The notes under the pieces are model-generated. The model saw nothing but the letters and a program-made list of their open reading frames with translations. It made no database searches and had not been told where the DNA came from. From the IMG/VR virus record IMGVR_UViG_3300010371_000029, positions 66,269-130,268 of that record: a stretch of 64,000 nucleotides of DNA; one strand, 5' to 3'. Origin of the DNA: a virus. Positions within the stretch are counted from its first letter, which is position 1; every line of letters begins with the position of its first letter. Below are positions 1-9,891 of this stretch, in pieces. A program made the translations under genes and the position numbers.

Positions 1-1491
1 TGCCCACATACAATCCATCCACCAATCGCGAATTGAACAATTATGTACATTTGCATGCTCCAAAACATAACTATTATCTTCTTCAACTTCTATATTATAT
101 ATTAAACCTTTGTAATCATAATGAAATACCTTTTCCACAGACGCTAATATTTGATTATTAACGTAATGTGTTTTTCTAGCTCTACGTTTAGATACATAAA
201 CTTTCTGAAATCTTTCAAATTCATATTTATTGCAAACTTTATGTAACTCTTCAGCAGAAGAACCATATCCCTCTACATCAAAAATGTCTCCGTTATTTAA
301 TTTGTTTTTTCTGTATTGTATGTTAGTAGGTATACCTATACTACCACATAGTAATCTAAAACCGTTTGCAATTTTACGTTTTGCACTACAAAAAGAAACA
401 GTATTATTTTTATAACAACCGTCAGTTCTTACTGAACCGCTAATAAAACCACGTTTAACACTTTCATTTGAAATCCAAATTTCTTTGGGAATATTTCCAT
501 TACACCAATTTTTTAAGAATTCTGCTAACAAGCTAGAATTTACATTAACTTGTATAGCAAATCTATCCTTTACTGGATATGCACAACCAACTAAATTTAA
601 ATATGATTCAAATAAATTTAAAGCATCTTCTGCAAATCTTTGTTCTGTGCCATTAAAAGTTATTCCAACTCCTGAATTACTTATATGTCCATCGCCAAAT
701 ATATAACCCAAAAGTCTAGCAAAATTTTCGTCTAAAACAATATATTTAAAAATAGGATTACAATTCTTGTTTGGATTAGAACAAATTAAACCATCTTTTT
801 CTATATAATTACTAACATAACTGGAAATATGAATAATCTGTTCAAAATCACTTGGTTCATTATTAGGAGGACTTAAACAAATTAAGTCACCCTTTTTTAT
901 TTGAGAAATAGGGACAAAAGTTGGTTCGACAGCATTGTAAATTTTTCTTATACTCTTTTTTTGATTTGTTTGTCGAAGTTTCTTGTGAATTTGTATTGGA
1001 TGATTACCAGTTAATCTAAGTGAATTTTTACATCCATGAAATTTTACTCCGTACATTAATCCTTCAAAATAATTTCTATAAGTAGCGTTTACTCTTCTAA
1101 ATCTTCCTTTGTGAGTTAAAACAAAATCTCCAACTACTATTTCTTCAATTTTTTTATATCCATTTATTGTTAATACCATTTGCCCAGGAGGAGAACATAC
1201 AACATCTGGCTTAAAGTTTAAACAAGCTTGTTCAAATTTATGCTTCCCAAATTGATTCTGTATGTCGCTATTGTAAACCTTATTCTCTTCTTCATTTTTG
1301 GGAAGAACTCCATAAAATTTCCAAGGTAACATACTAACTCTAGGGTCATTGTCGGAACCATAGGAGCCCAATTCTGCCAACTCGTATTTTCCTGTTTCAT
1401 AGAGGCGCTTCATTACCTCCATTCCGAAAACAGAAAAACCTGTATTAAGGAAACTAGCTTCATTAACTAAGAGAATACGCTTTTTATTCAT
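1..1491 (-). CDS. Glycosyltransferase (GT-B/GT4-like) N-terminal part, intein-containing; runs off the window start and is missing from the ORF track
   Basis: Hand translation from ATG 1491 gives MNKKRILLVNEASFLNTGFSVFGMEV...FKPDVV|intein|CSIRDWWMDCMWA. The 'RILL..TGF' and 'KPDVV..IRD.W' motifs are typical of phage GT-B enzymes. Confidence 0.75.
   Translation of the reverse strand, partial: MNKKRILLVNEASFLNTGFSVFGMEVMKRLYETGKYELAELGSYGSDNDPRVSMLPWKFYGVLPKNEEENKVYNSDIQNQFGKHKFEQACLNFKPDVVCSPPGQMVLTINGYKKIEEIVVGDFVLTHKGRFRRVNATYRNYFEGLMYGVKFHGCKNSLRLTGNHPIQIHKKLRQTNQKKSIRKIYNAVEPTFVPISQIKKGDLICLSPPNNEPSDFEQIIHISSYVSNYIEKDGLICSNPNKNCNPIFKYIVLDENFARLLGYIFGDGHISNSGVGITFNGTEQRFAEDALNLFESYLNLVGCAYPVKDRFAIQVNVNSSLLAEFLKNWCNGNIPKEIWISNESVKRGFISGSVRTDGCYKNNTVSFCSAKRKIANGFRLLCGSIGIPTNIQYRKNKLNNGDIFDVEGYGSSAEELHKVCNKYEFERFQKVYVSKRRARKTHYVNNQILASVEKVFHYDYKGLIYNIEVEEDNSYVLEHANVHNCSIRDWWMDCMWA
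40..1197 (-). mobile_element. Intein with LAGLIDADG endonuclease in the glycosyltransferase (386 aa)
   Basis: Starts CSPPGQMV..GYKKIEEIVVGDFVLTHKG, contains ARLLGYIFGDG, ends YNIEVEEDNSYVLEHANVHN followed by Cys+1. Confidence 0.9.
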
Positions 1492-1942
1492 AGTAGCGAC
1501 TTAATTTATTTATCGCGGCTTTAAGGATTTTTGAAACTTTTTTGCGGCTGAAACCAACATTTTCCGCAATTTCATTAAGGGCACAGCCCTCAGTAAACCG
1601 TAATATGATAATTCTGTTTTCAGTCTCACTTAGAACGCCAATTAGATTTAATGGAGGTTGTTCGACTAAAGTAAATGAACGTTGTACTTCAAATTTCTTT
1701 TTTACTTCTTTCTTAAGGGTCCTACCTATACAAATACTGGCATATGCGGCCCACTCAACCTGCCTATTCGGGTTGAAAGACCTAATCGCCAAAAGTAGCG
1801 CGATAGCCCCGACTTGGCACATGTCTTCAAAGGAACACGATGTTCCACCAAACTTCTTAGCTTGAGTCACGACTAACCCAAAATTCTCCTCCAAAAGTCG
1901 TGACTCAAGCCGAAGCTCTTCTTTAGACGGCTGCCGCTTCAC
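1484..1942 (-). CDS. RNA polymerase sigma-70 family factor (minimal, regions 2 and 4)
   Basis: Region 2-like NFGLVVTQAKKF..FEDMCQVGAIALLLAIRSFNPNR..AAYA; region 4 HTH LSETENRIIILRF..LNEIAENVGFSRKKVSKI. Confidence 0.85.
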   Translation of the reverse strand: MKRQPSKEELRLESRLLEENFGLVVTQAKKFGGTSCSFEDMCQVGAIALLLAIRSFNPNRQVEWAAYASICIGRTLKKEVKKKFEVQRSFTLVEQPPLNLIGVLSETENRIIILRFTEGCALNEIAENVGFSRKKVSKILKAAINKLSRYYE

Positions 1943-2273
1943 GCTCTACCGTAGGGAGCTTTTGAAACGTTCCTACCCGCAACTTCAGCCGGCTATACTT
2001 GACCCCATTCTTCTCCCAGCTTTCCGTCTTAAACCGACCCTTAACCATAATCCTATCCCCCTTATTAAACTGTTCGGCAATGGCTTCCGCACCGGAGTCC
2101 CACGCCTCACATTCAATAAAAGCCGCCTCATTCATCCCTTCGCTTGATTTACTATTAATTCTGGTATTAATTACCATACAAAAATCTACAACAGACGTAC
2201 CGGAAGGCAATTTGCGAAGTTCGGGCGCACGGACAATGTTTCCGACACCATAAAAATCATTAACACTCGCCAT
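1923..2273 (-). CDS. ssb: Single-stranded DNA-binding protein
   Basis: VGNIVRAPELRKLPSGTSV..FIECEAW..AEAIAEQFNKGDRIMVKGRFKTESWEKNG; no acidic C-terminal tail. Confidence 0.9.
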   Translation of the reverse strand: MASVNDFYGVGNIVRAPELRKLPSGTSVVDFCMVINTRINSKSSEGMNEAAFIECEAWDSGAEAIAEQFNKGDRIMVKGRFKTESWEKNGVKYSRLKLRVGTFQKLPTVEREAAAV

Positions 2274-2274
2274 A

Positions 2275-2796
2275 TTATTCTCCAGCTACAATTTCTAAGT
2301 TATAAAGCATTCCATATCCTACCTCTACCTTTTCTTTTGCGGCTAATCTCAAAAAATCAGGGGGAAAATTTTCAGATTTTGCTTGTACGAATATATTATT
2401 CAATACAGTTTCTTTATTAAAATCTTCCTCTTCTCGCGGTGGAGACAAGGGTAATCGACCTACTTCCTCGTTTTTATGATTGTAATAAAAAATAAATCGG
2501 GGCGAGTAGTTAATTTTTTTACAAAGTTTTTCAATGTGGCATTGAATTACGGGCCGCACCGAATAAAATGGACAAACTACAAAGGACGGGTCTTCACAAG
2601 TTACATCTCCTATAAAAAAGCCAGGGTCACCAGTAATCTCTAAGTCAGTATGGTCAATCACGGTATAATTAAAGAATGACTCTGAAAACTTATCATTTTT
2701 GGGTAATCTAAGACTAATATAATCCGGTTCTTCTTCTTTTACAATTACCCGATAGTCATGCTTTGTAAGAAGTTCTCTGACCTTCTGGTCAATCAC
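2275..2796 (-). CDS. Hypothetical protein (probable GTG start at 2796)
   Basis: GTG overlaps the dnaE-C stop codon; no recognisable motif. Confidence 0.6.
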   Translation of the reverse strand: MIDQKVRELLTKHDYRVIVKEEEPDYISLRLPKNDKFSESFFNYTVIDHTDLEITGDPGFFIGDVTCEDPSFVVCPFYSVRPVIQCHIEKLCKKINYSPRFIFYYNHKNEEVGRLPLSPPREEEDFNKETVLNNIFVQAKSENFPPDFLRLAAKEKVEVGYGMLYNLEIVAGE

Positions 2797-4358
2797 AGTT
2801 GAACCACCTTGTTTATTATGAACGAATCTTTCTTTGAATCTTTGACACCAGCCAATAATACTGTGTTGCCTTCGTACAATAAGTTGCCGAATTCCGAATA
2901 TTCGTTGCACCATAAAACACAATTTCTATAAGAGCCGTTAATGTCGCTAATTTCTACAAACCCCATTAACCGCCCCTTATTCTCACCTTTTTTAACCGGA
3001 TATGTTCTCAATGTATCAATATTACAAGCTACTACCAAATTCATCTTACTTGGTGAAGCATCTATATCGGAAACTAAATGTGTGGCTGCGCTTATATCAC
3101 AGGATTCCACCGCACTTACAGTAACCGGAACCCCTAATAATTGTTTTTCAGATTGGGCCATCATTAAAGGGTTATCATCAAGGGACATGGGTGGGCATCT
3201 TAACGTATTGGCTAAATCCATCAAAATTTTAACTCTGTTCTTCGTGGCCGCGCCGCCGCCCTCTTTTTTGGGGGCCGCACACTGTTCTATAAGGTCGGCC
3301 AAGTTACTATTTTCTTTTAATTTTGTTTTTACGAAACCTACTTCTTTCTCTGTTAAACTATTAAGTTTACTTAACTCAAATTCCATCCTCTTTCGCGATA
3401 TACCTAAATAATCTAAGGACCCAGATTCTATAAGTCCTAACGCAATATCAACACTAACATTGTAGAGTAGATTGAACAAAACATCAATCCAGTCTTTAAA
3501 ATCTCTTAATAATTCTACCAACTTCTCAGTTGCTCGTCCGCCCATTCCTTTAATGTTTCCGAGCCCAAAGTACACAACCCCGTTGATAACGTCAAAATCC
3601 AGATTACCCTTTCTTAGGTCCGGTCCTCTTACTTCAATCCCCATACTCTTACAATTATAGACTAATTCGTTAACTTCCTCAAGGGGTCTTTGCTTCTCGC
3701 GGGCCATTTTTAACCAAGATTTGGCCCATGGTAATGGAAAATGTACTTTTATAAAAGCAGAAAAATATGATTCCAGCCCGTAACCGATAGCGTGGGCTTT
3801 ATTGAATGAATATCGTTGCGATTTCTCAATCCAAGAGAAAATCTCGGCGGCTATCTCTGGTGAAACAATTTTGGCTTTGGCTGCCCCTTCTATAAAATCC
3901 TTCTTACAAGACGCCATTAAATCGGCTAATTTCTTTCCCATAGCCTTTCTTAAATTATCAGCTTGTACAAGATTAAATCCAGCTAAATCTTGCGCTATTC
4001 TCATCGCCTGCTCCTGGTATACCAGGATAGAGTTCGTGGGTTCAAGAATAGGGCGAAGTGCTTCGTGAATGTAAGAGGGTTGTTCTTCACCCCGTTTAAC
4101 TTTTACATACTTATCCGCCATACCGCTTTCAAGACAGCCGGGGCGAAGTATACTTATTAGTGCTGCAAGTTCTTCAAGACACCTAGGACTACTTCGTTTA
4201 GCCCAGGTCATTCCAAGAGGCTTTTCTAATTGAAATACACCTTTTGTATTTCCAACACAGATTAGGTCCCATGTCGCTGGACAATTAAGGTAAACTTTCT
4301 TAATATCGAAATGGCCTTCTTCGTAGAAACAGCCACAATCAAACGATATAAATCTCAT
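2793..4358 (-). CDS. dnaE: DNA polymerase III alpha subunit, C-terminal part (split gene)
   Basis: TKGVFQLE, ILRPG, ILVYQEQAM, ADNLRKAMGKK, YSFNKAHA, FGLGNIKG and a C-terminal OB fold. Confidence 0.95.
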   Translation of the reverse strand: MRFISFDCGCFYEEGHFDIKKVYLNCPATWDLICVGNTKGVFQLEKPLGMTWAKRSSPRCLEELAALISILRPGCLESGMADKYVKVKRGEEQPSYIHEALRPILEPTNSILVYQEQAMRIAQDLAGFNLVQADNLRKAMGKKLADLMASCKKDFIEGAAKAKIVSPEIAAEIFSWIEKSQRYSFNKAHAIGYGLESYFSAFIKVHFPLPWAKSWLKMAREKQRPLEEVNELVYNCKSMGIEVRGPDLRKGNLDFDVINGVVYFGLGNIKGMGGRATEKLVELLRDFKDWIDVLFNLLYNVSVDIALGLIESGSLDYLGISRKRMEFELSKLNSLTEKEVGFVKTKLKENSNLADLIEQCAAPKKEGGGAATKNRVKILMDLANTLRCPPMSLDDNPLMMAQSEKQLLGVPVTVSAVESCDISAATHLVSDIDASPSKMNLVVACNIDTLRTYPVKKGENKGRLMGFVEISDINGSYRNCVLWCNEYSEFGNLLYEGNTVLLAGVKDSKKDSFIINKVVQL

Positions 4359-5334
4359 TAATACAATCTCTATTTACTTTAAATTTTCCTGGCTCTAATT
4401 CTTTTGATTCTAAAGAAGACGGTATTTTAGATATATCAATTACATTATTTTCGGCTATTAATTTACAAAAAGCTAAAAAAATATCTTGAGGTAAACACCC
4501 CTTAATTCTATTTACTGTTTTATGAAGCCATTGCACATTTCCCTCCTCATAATCAGAAAAACTACTTATCCTATCTAAAGAAGCAGTTCCATGATATGAA
4601 TTCTTGTTAAGTCTTCCTTTCCTTTTAGAAATTTCTATAGGAAGACCACTAAGAGCACATTTTCTATCTTGTTTTAAAAATAATTCCCAAACATATTCTG
4701 GAGTTATTGTAAAAGATAATCCTCTTCTCTTAGCCATATCTCTAATAATATGCCAGAAGGTAACCCCTATTTCTTCATATCCTCTCCAAGTAATATACTG
4801 TTCGTTAACAATATTTAAATCACACCCACAAGATGTTAATATTTTATTTTTTAAAGCTATATCCGCTATATCAACATAATTACCACAAACACATTTACAA
4901 AGCCAAAACATTTTTGGGTAAACAACACTTCCACCATTTTTATCGACAACTGTAAGTTTTCCAAATTGTTGGTTTCTAAAATCAGTATATGGTTCCTTAA
5001 TTTTTTTACGTTTTTTAATGCCGGCTTTATCTATCGCTCGATATATTACTCTCTTACTAAGATTTAAAGCTTTTCCTATTTCTGCTGCTGACATCTTCAT
5101 ATCTACATACATTTCTTGTATTTTTTCTGGAGATGCTATTAAAAAAGCTTCATTAAGTTTATTTTTCCTTTGTTCTTGTCGTAAAATATGAATTCCAAAT
5201 TTTCTTAAATTCCTATGAATAAAACCGTGATTTCTTCCTATAGAATGAGCTATTTCTTCGACAGTTTTTTCATGAACTAAGTATTGCTCTTTTAACCATT
5301 CTTCATTTTTACCTAAATCATCAGAAAAATACAT
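4339..5334 (-). CDS. Free-standing HNH-type homing endonuclease
   Basis: N-terminal HTH repeats, FGKLTV..WLCKCVCG..SCGC, QDRKCALSG..ASLDRI..NVQWLHKTVN; AT-rich. Confidence 0.8.
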   Translation of the reverse strand: MYFSDDLGKNEEWLKEQYLVHEKTVEEIAHSIGRNHGFIHRNLRKFGIHILRQEQRKNKLNEAFLIASPEKIQEMYVDMKMSAAEIGKALNLSKRVIYRAIDKAGIKKRKKIKEPYTDFRNQQFGKLTVVDKNGGSVVYPKMFWLCKCVCGNYVDIADIALKNKILTSCGCDLNIVNEQYITWRGYEEIGVTFWHIIRDMAKRRGLSFTITPEYVWELFLKQDRKCALSGLPIEISKRKGRLNKNSYHGTASLDRISSFSDYEEGNVQWLHKTVNRIKGCLPQDIFLAFCKLIAENNVIDISKIPSSLESKELEPGKFKVNRDCINEIYIV

Positions 5335-5376
5335 TGTTTTCTCCTATAGTATAAATCATATTTTGTACTATAAGAG

Positions 5377-5383
5377 TATACAC
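5377..5383 (-). promoter_or_regulatory. GTGTATA putative phage promoter motif
   Basis: Upstream of the HNH gene; shares the 12-mer GTGTATACTCTT with the copy at 36664-36675. Confidence 0.5.
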
Positions 5384-5393
5384 TTTAAGTAAA

Positions 5394-6026
5394 CTAACTA
5401 TTAAAATTTATTTTTGGTTGTATTTTACGAGCGATTGTTAGGAATTTAATTAAAATCTGAGCCGTTATTTTTACATCTACCAACGCATCATGCAAATTAC
5501 CTATTGATTCTATTTTCATATAATCCTTTAATGTGCCAAGTTTTAGATTCGGTACTGCTTTAGAATTTTCAAAGAAATAATTAGCCAAAAACAAAGTGTC
5601 ATAAGGTATGAAGTAGAATAAAGCGGCCTCTCCCCTTTCCTTGTTCCAAGGCCCATATTTCTGACACATTTTGTTTATAAATTTACTGTCAAAGTTTACA
5701 ATATTGTGCCCCGCTGGAATTGGACGGGTCCAGGCTTGCCCCGGCTTGTAATTAAAACGTTCTACGTATAGGGCGAAGTCTGCCCAAACTGTTTGAGGTA
5801 ATGGTGCTGTTGAAAGCTTCTCTAATGAATGCCCGTTTATCTCTAAGGCTTTAGGGTCGGCGGTCTCAGGCGTTAAAGGACGAATTAAAGAATTGAATTC
5901 AGAGTTAGGAATAATTGTAAGATTCTTAGAATTGATTGCTACTGCGGCGATTTGAACTATTTCGTGTTTTTCATGGTCCAGACCGCTTGTTTCCACATCG
6001 TAGCACACGATTGTATTGTAATTCAT
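5394..6026 (-). CDS. DEDDh 3'-5' exonuclease (DnaQ/epsilon-like)
   Basis: YDVETSGL (ExoI), AGHNIVNFD (ExoII), HDALVDV (ExoIII). Confidence 0.9.
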   Translation of the reverse strand: MNYNTIVCYDVETSGLDHEKHEIVQIAAVAINSKNLTIIPNSEFNSLIRPLTPETADPKALEINGHSLEKLSTAPLPQTVWADFALYVERFNYKPGQAWTRPIPAGHNIVNFDSKFINKMCQKYGPWNKERGEAALFYFIPYDTLFLANYFFENSKAVPNLKLGTLKDYMKIESIGNLHDALVDVKITAQILIKFLTIARKIQPKINFNS

Positions 6027-6274
6027 TTTTCCTCAGGAAATATGTCGATTGGCCCGTTGTATTCATGACATTTATTCTCCCAATGTATTATTGTGTCTTC
6101 AATTGTAGCTTGAAAAGAGTTATTAAAATAATTTTTTGAACCTATTAAAATTACATCATATTTTACTAATTTTTTCTCCTTATCTATAGAAAGAACACGA
6201 AATATATAGAAACTATCTTGGAAATATTTAGGAAAAGGCCATTTAGACCGTGTGATTTTTAGAAGTCGCTGCAT
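6023..6274 (-). CDS. LLKITR-family small protein 1
   Basis: N-terminus MQRLLKITRS. Confidence 0.8.
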   Translation of the reverse strand: MQRLLKITRSKWPFPKYFQDSFYIFRVLSIDKEKKLVKYDVILIGSKNYFNNSFQATIEDTIIHWENKCHEYNGPIDIFPEEK

Positions 6275-6565
6275 TTAGAATCTTTCAATTCTAGTATAAT
6301 TCTTCTGTGCTTCTTTATAACTACTCCCAAAAACATCTAAAGGACCGGTATATTCGTTATATTCCTTTCCCCATCTTGCCTCAAATATGTCTATCCTGTC
6401 TCTAAAGCCCGAACAGTAATAACCTTTAGCTCTCCAAGGAGTTCTTTTATACATACCGTCGTAATAAATCATTCCGTCTTTACGGAACAATATTCTAAAG
6501 ATGAAGTCGCTAGACTCAAAATATGTGGGCAACTTAAAACGGGTTATTCGTAGTAGTTGATTCAT
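6275..6565 (-). CDS. LLKITR-family small protein 2
   Basis: N-terminus MNQLLRITRF; shares C-terminal EY.GP.D.F with protein 1. Confidence 0.8.
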   Translation of the reverse strand: MNQLLRITRFKLPTYFESSDFIFRILFRKDGMIYYDGMYKRTPWRAKGYYCSGFRDRIDIFEARWGKEYNEYTGPLDVFGSSYKEAQKNYTRIERF

Positions 6566-6812
6566 CGGGAAAATTTGGTATTTCGTTTGGTGGGCAGTCT
6601 TTTATTCCGTAATAACTATTATCATTATATAAGTTTAAAAAGGTAGATAATCTATCTTCCCAATTTGTAGGACAAGGTTTATTTTCTTTTATATAAAATA
6701 CATTATAATAAACAACTCCGTCTATTATATCATTAATACGATAATAGCATTGGCTACATTTCAAATATTTAGGGAGAATTTGAGTTCTCGTTAATTTAAG
6801 TAATGCCTGCAT
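6534..6812 (-). CDS. LLKITR-family small protein 3
   Basis: N-terminus MQALLKLTRT. Confidence 0.8.
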   Translation of the reverse strand: MQALLKLTRTQILPKYLKCSQCYYRINDIIDGVVYYNVFYIKENKPCPTNWEDRLSTFLNLYNDNSYYGIKDCPPNEIPNFPDESTTTNNPF

Positions 6813-8565
6813 TGACCATCTCGCTCGCCATTTGAATTTTATCTAAAATAGCAACTCCAAGCACATCAAATTTTACTAAACCCGCCGCCTCGCCGGAGGA
6901 TAAATCATATCCGCAAATCATTTCGCCCGTTCGTTCATCCAAAATCATAGGGGCGACTGTATCAAGAGGTTCCGAAGATATGACCAAACCACACGCATGT
7001 CGGCTTTTATTAACGAGGGTTCCTTCAAGGGCTATAGCTTGTTTGAAGTAATCGGCGTATTCCCCGACTATATCATTTCCTTCTAATTGGGCCAATCCCT
7101 CAAAATCCTCTGGTTTATGTTCTAAGCACCACCGTATAATGGAGGAATCCCCGGTTTCTTCCTCCATTTCTTGCAAGTCGCCCATTATACGTTGTTCGTC
7201 TGGGATGCCACGGGTTAAATTATTAATCTCCTCGAATGATAAGGCACCATAAGCGCGAATTACCGCTTTTAGGGCGGACCTTCCTTGTAATCGTCCGAAC
7301 GTTACTATTTGTGATACTTTATCCCTACCATATTTAGTGCGAATATATTCAATAACGCTGTCGCGTCCAGATACCGGAAAATCAGTATCTATATCGGGGA
7401 GTGCAACTCTATCTTTCGTGTTACGCCCCGCGTTATAGAACCTCTCAAAATATAGACCGTACTCGATAGGGTCGCAACTAGTAATACCTATTAAATAAGC
7501 AGTGAGACACCCACTAACACTACCTCTACCCACCCCAGGAAGTTGCCCCTGAGATTCGGCATATCGTATGTAATCTTCCACAATTAAGAAATAATCTGCC
7601 AGCCCAGCATTCTCAAAAACTTCAAGTTCGTGCTTAATTCTTTCTACATATTCTCCCTCTTTTTCTACAGATATTATCCCTTTTATTTTATTTCTCCAAC
7701 CCGCCCGGCATAATTCCCTAAGTTGTTCATTAGGTTCGGCCACCGGAAATTTGGGCAACAACGTTTTACTAAGAATGGAAAAGGTTTCACAGCGGTCAGC
7801 TATTTGGGCCGCGCCGGCTATTTCTTGTTCTGATAGAACTTTCCTTACCTCATCTTCTCCCCGGAAATGATTGGTTCCTTTAGGAACCTTATCTATCGTC
7901 ACACCTAAATCATTAGCAAGTATTACTCGATGGTTTATATCATCTTCTGGTTCGCAGTATAGACAATTAAACAGTCCCACGGTTTGTAATTTAAGTTCAG
8001 AGGCGGTTTCCCGCATTATATCAGCGGTAAGCTCACAATCGCCGTCTACCCCCAGATAGAACCTGTCCCCAAAAATATCCCGAAATAGATTACTTTCTTT
8101 AATTAAATCTTCTTTAAAATCCGATTTTAAAGCTTGTTTAAGACTCCAGGGGTCCGAACCGTAATACGGTCCATCGAATAGGATAGCTCCTATGGAACTA
8201 TCTCGGTATCCATTTATACAAATCAACCCTTTGGAATAGTTAGAAAGAATTTCATGTGTAGCTTGCGGCTCTTTCTTAAAATTCTCAGGTTTATTACTTT
8301 GGGATACAATTTTTAATAAATTTTTGAACCCGGCAAGTGTACTCGCCAATAATAGTACGGTGGGACCTCCCATTAGGGCTTGTTCCAACCCAAAGATTGG
8401 CTTAACCCCCTTTTTCTGCGCCGACTGATAGAATTCTACCGCCCCTGATAGTGAGTTTAAATCGGTTAGAGCGACAGTTTCGCCCTTTTCAATTAGGGCA
8501 TCTGGTGGACTTAGACCATAATTCAAACTGTAGAAAGAATGGTTACGTAGGTTTATAAACTTCAT
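6796..8565 (-). CDS. dnaE: DNA polymerase III alpha subunit, N-terminal part (PHP and catalytic palm)
   Basis: Probable start MKFINLRNHSFYSL (8565); ALTD, KPIFGLE, GVGRGS, FERFYN..PDIDTDF, SRHACG, KFDVLG. Confidence 0.95.
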   Translation of the reverse strand: MKFINLRNHSFYSLNYGLSPPDALIEKGETVALTDLNSLSGAVEFYQSAQKKGVKPIFGLEQALMGGPTVLLLASTLAGFKNLLKIVSQSNKPENFKKEPQATHEILSNYSKGLICINGYRDSSIGAILFDGPYYGSDPWSLKQALKSDFKEDLIKESNLFRDIFGDRFYLGVDGDCELTADIMRETASELKLQTVGLFNCLYCEPEDDINHRVILANDLGVTIDKVPKGTNHFRGEDEVRKVLSEQEIAGAAQIADRCETFSILSKTLLPKFPVAEPNEQLRELCRAGWRNKIKGIISVEKEGEYVERIKHELEVFENAGLADYFLIVEDYIRYAESQGQLPGVGRGSVSGCLTAYLIGITSCDPIEYGLYFERFYNAGRNTKDRVALPDIDTDFPVSGRDSVIEYIRTKYGRDKVSQIVTFGRLQGRSALKAVIRAYGALSFEEINNLTRGIPDEQRIMGDLQEMEEETGDSSIIRWCLEHKPEDFEGLAQLEGNDIVGEYADYFKQAIALEGTLVNKSRHACGLVISSEPLDTVAPMILDERTGEMICGYDLSSGEAAGLVKFDVLGVAILDKIQMASEMVNAGIT

Positions 8566-8644
8566 TTTTGTCCACTTATCATCCAGCACCAAGCCACAGT
8601 CGCGCAAATAACGGCTACAGCAGCAAACACACATTCAGGTGTAT

Positions 8645-8842
8645 TCATAGATTCTCTATATCCACGATAAGTTGTTTGAACATATTTTTAATATTAGTGA
8701 ACATATCCGGTATTATATTTTCTATCCCCTGAATCTTTTGTTTAATTTTATTCTTAATTTGTAGAATTTTCTTTTTTGCTAGATAGATAGCGCCTCCTCC
8801 ACCAATTACTATTCCTAGAAAAAAAGCGAGTATCGCTAACAT
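8645..8842 (-). CDS. Small membrane protein
   Basis: N-terminal hydrophobic helix followed by a basic stretch. Confidence 0.6.
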   Translation of the reverse strand: MLAILAFFLGIVIGGGGAIYLAKKKILQIKNKIKQKIQGIENIIPDMFTNIKNMFKQLIVDIENL

Positions 8843-9318
8843 GCTTTCGCCACCTTTTTGTTAATTACTATAAATCTATCATCAAAGACTTGGTTTAATT
8901 CTGGTCCTATATCTTTCCAGTCTAATCCTCCTAAACCACAACCAAGTCTAGGTAACAAAATTCTGGTCCACTGAAGAACATTGGCCACTCCCACTAATTG
9001 ACGGGCCATATCTAATATTAAACCGGGCGAACTAGGCTTGCGCCAATCGTACTTAGTGGGGAAACCAACGACATAGGGGGAATGCTCTCCTAGTAAATCG
9101 GTAAATTTATTAACTAAAATAGTGGGGACTTTGAGTTTTTGAATAGCCGCGCCCCACACTAGGTCAATATCTTTAATAGCCGTTTTAAAATCTAGGGCTA
9201 ATCCGGCCCCCATTACTAATCTACCGTCAGATTTAACTATTAAATTAATGGGACAGACCAGTGCATTGTTTCTAGAATCCGCCCCTTCAATCCAAATATT
9301 ACCTTCTTGCTCTAACAT
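8836..9318 (-). CDS. Macro-domain protein (DarG/Poa1p-like ADP-ribosylhydrolase)
   Basis: VMGAGLALDF, FPTKYDWR, LPRLGCGLGGLDW. Confidence 0.85.
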   Translation of the reverse strand: MLEQEGNIWIEGADSRNNALVCPINLIVKSDGRLVMGAGLALDFKTAIKDIDLVWGAAIQKLKVPTILVNKFTDLLGEHSPYVVGFPTKYDWRKPSSPGLILDMARQLVGVANVLQWTRILLPRLGCGLGGLDWKDIGPELNQVFDDRFIVINKKVAKAC

Positions 9319-9335
9319 AATTTTCCTATTTAGTT

Positions 9336-9881
9336 TTATCTAAACTGCTGTGTCCAAAAACCACTATAGCCACCAACACCAATTCGAGTAAAGTTAGGGT
9401 TTAATAGATTAGCCCTATGTCCCGGCGAATTATACCACGTCCTCGTGACGTTTTCCGGGTTTGGCTGTCCTTGTGCAATATTTTCTCCAGCCCATCCTCC
9501 CGTTCCCCCATGCCTAAAACCGTAAACGTGTCTCATATTATAACAGTGGCGATTAGCGGTAATCTGTAGGGCTCGGTCTGGAATAAGTGGTCGTAACCCA
9601 TGCAACGCGCGGTAAAAATTGGCCCATCGAACCATTTGAACTTCTTCGTGAGTATAAAAGGACCAACATACTATAGGATTCTTTATTACTCCGCCTTCTT
9701 GGTAGTCCCCACTTACATTAACTTGTTCGCCCCAAAGCTCTTCTAGACTCTTTTGTGGTATATCGAGTTTATACGAACCAACATTATCAACTTTAAGTCG
9801 CGGGCCGTCAGTGTCTTTATAAAGTGTTCCACTCTGAGAAAACGGTACGGTTAAAGCGATAATTAAAAGCAATACTTGCAT
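9336..9881 (-). CDS. Secreted CAP/SCP-domain protein
   Basis: Signal peptide; NFYRALHGLRPL, GENIAQGQ, WYNSPGHRANLL, RIGVG..WTQQF. Confidence 0.85.
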   Translation of the reverse strand: MQVLLLIIALTVPFSQSGTLYKDTDGPRLKVDNVGSYKLDIPQKSLEELWGEQVNVSGDYQEGGVIKNPIVCWSFYTHEEVQMVRWANFYRALHGLRPLIPDRALQITANRHCYNMRHVYGFRHGGTGGWAGENIAQGQPNPENVTRTWYNSPGHRANLLNPNFTRIGVGGYSGFWTQQFR

Positions 9882-9891
9882 TATTTACTCC

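Noticed and set aside
4339-6812. Group I intron or split intein joining the dnaE halves
   Set aside because: The gap is fully occupied by ORFs, with no room for a ribozyme core and no intein blocks at the junctions.
8566-8634. Cys-rich N-terminal extension of DnaE in the ORF track (MCVCCC...)
   Set aside because: The PHP domain starts at MKFINL (8565). The upstream bases fit better as a 28-aa membrane peptide ORF (8562..8648) in another frame.
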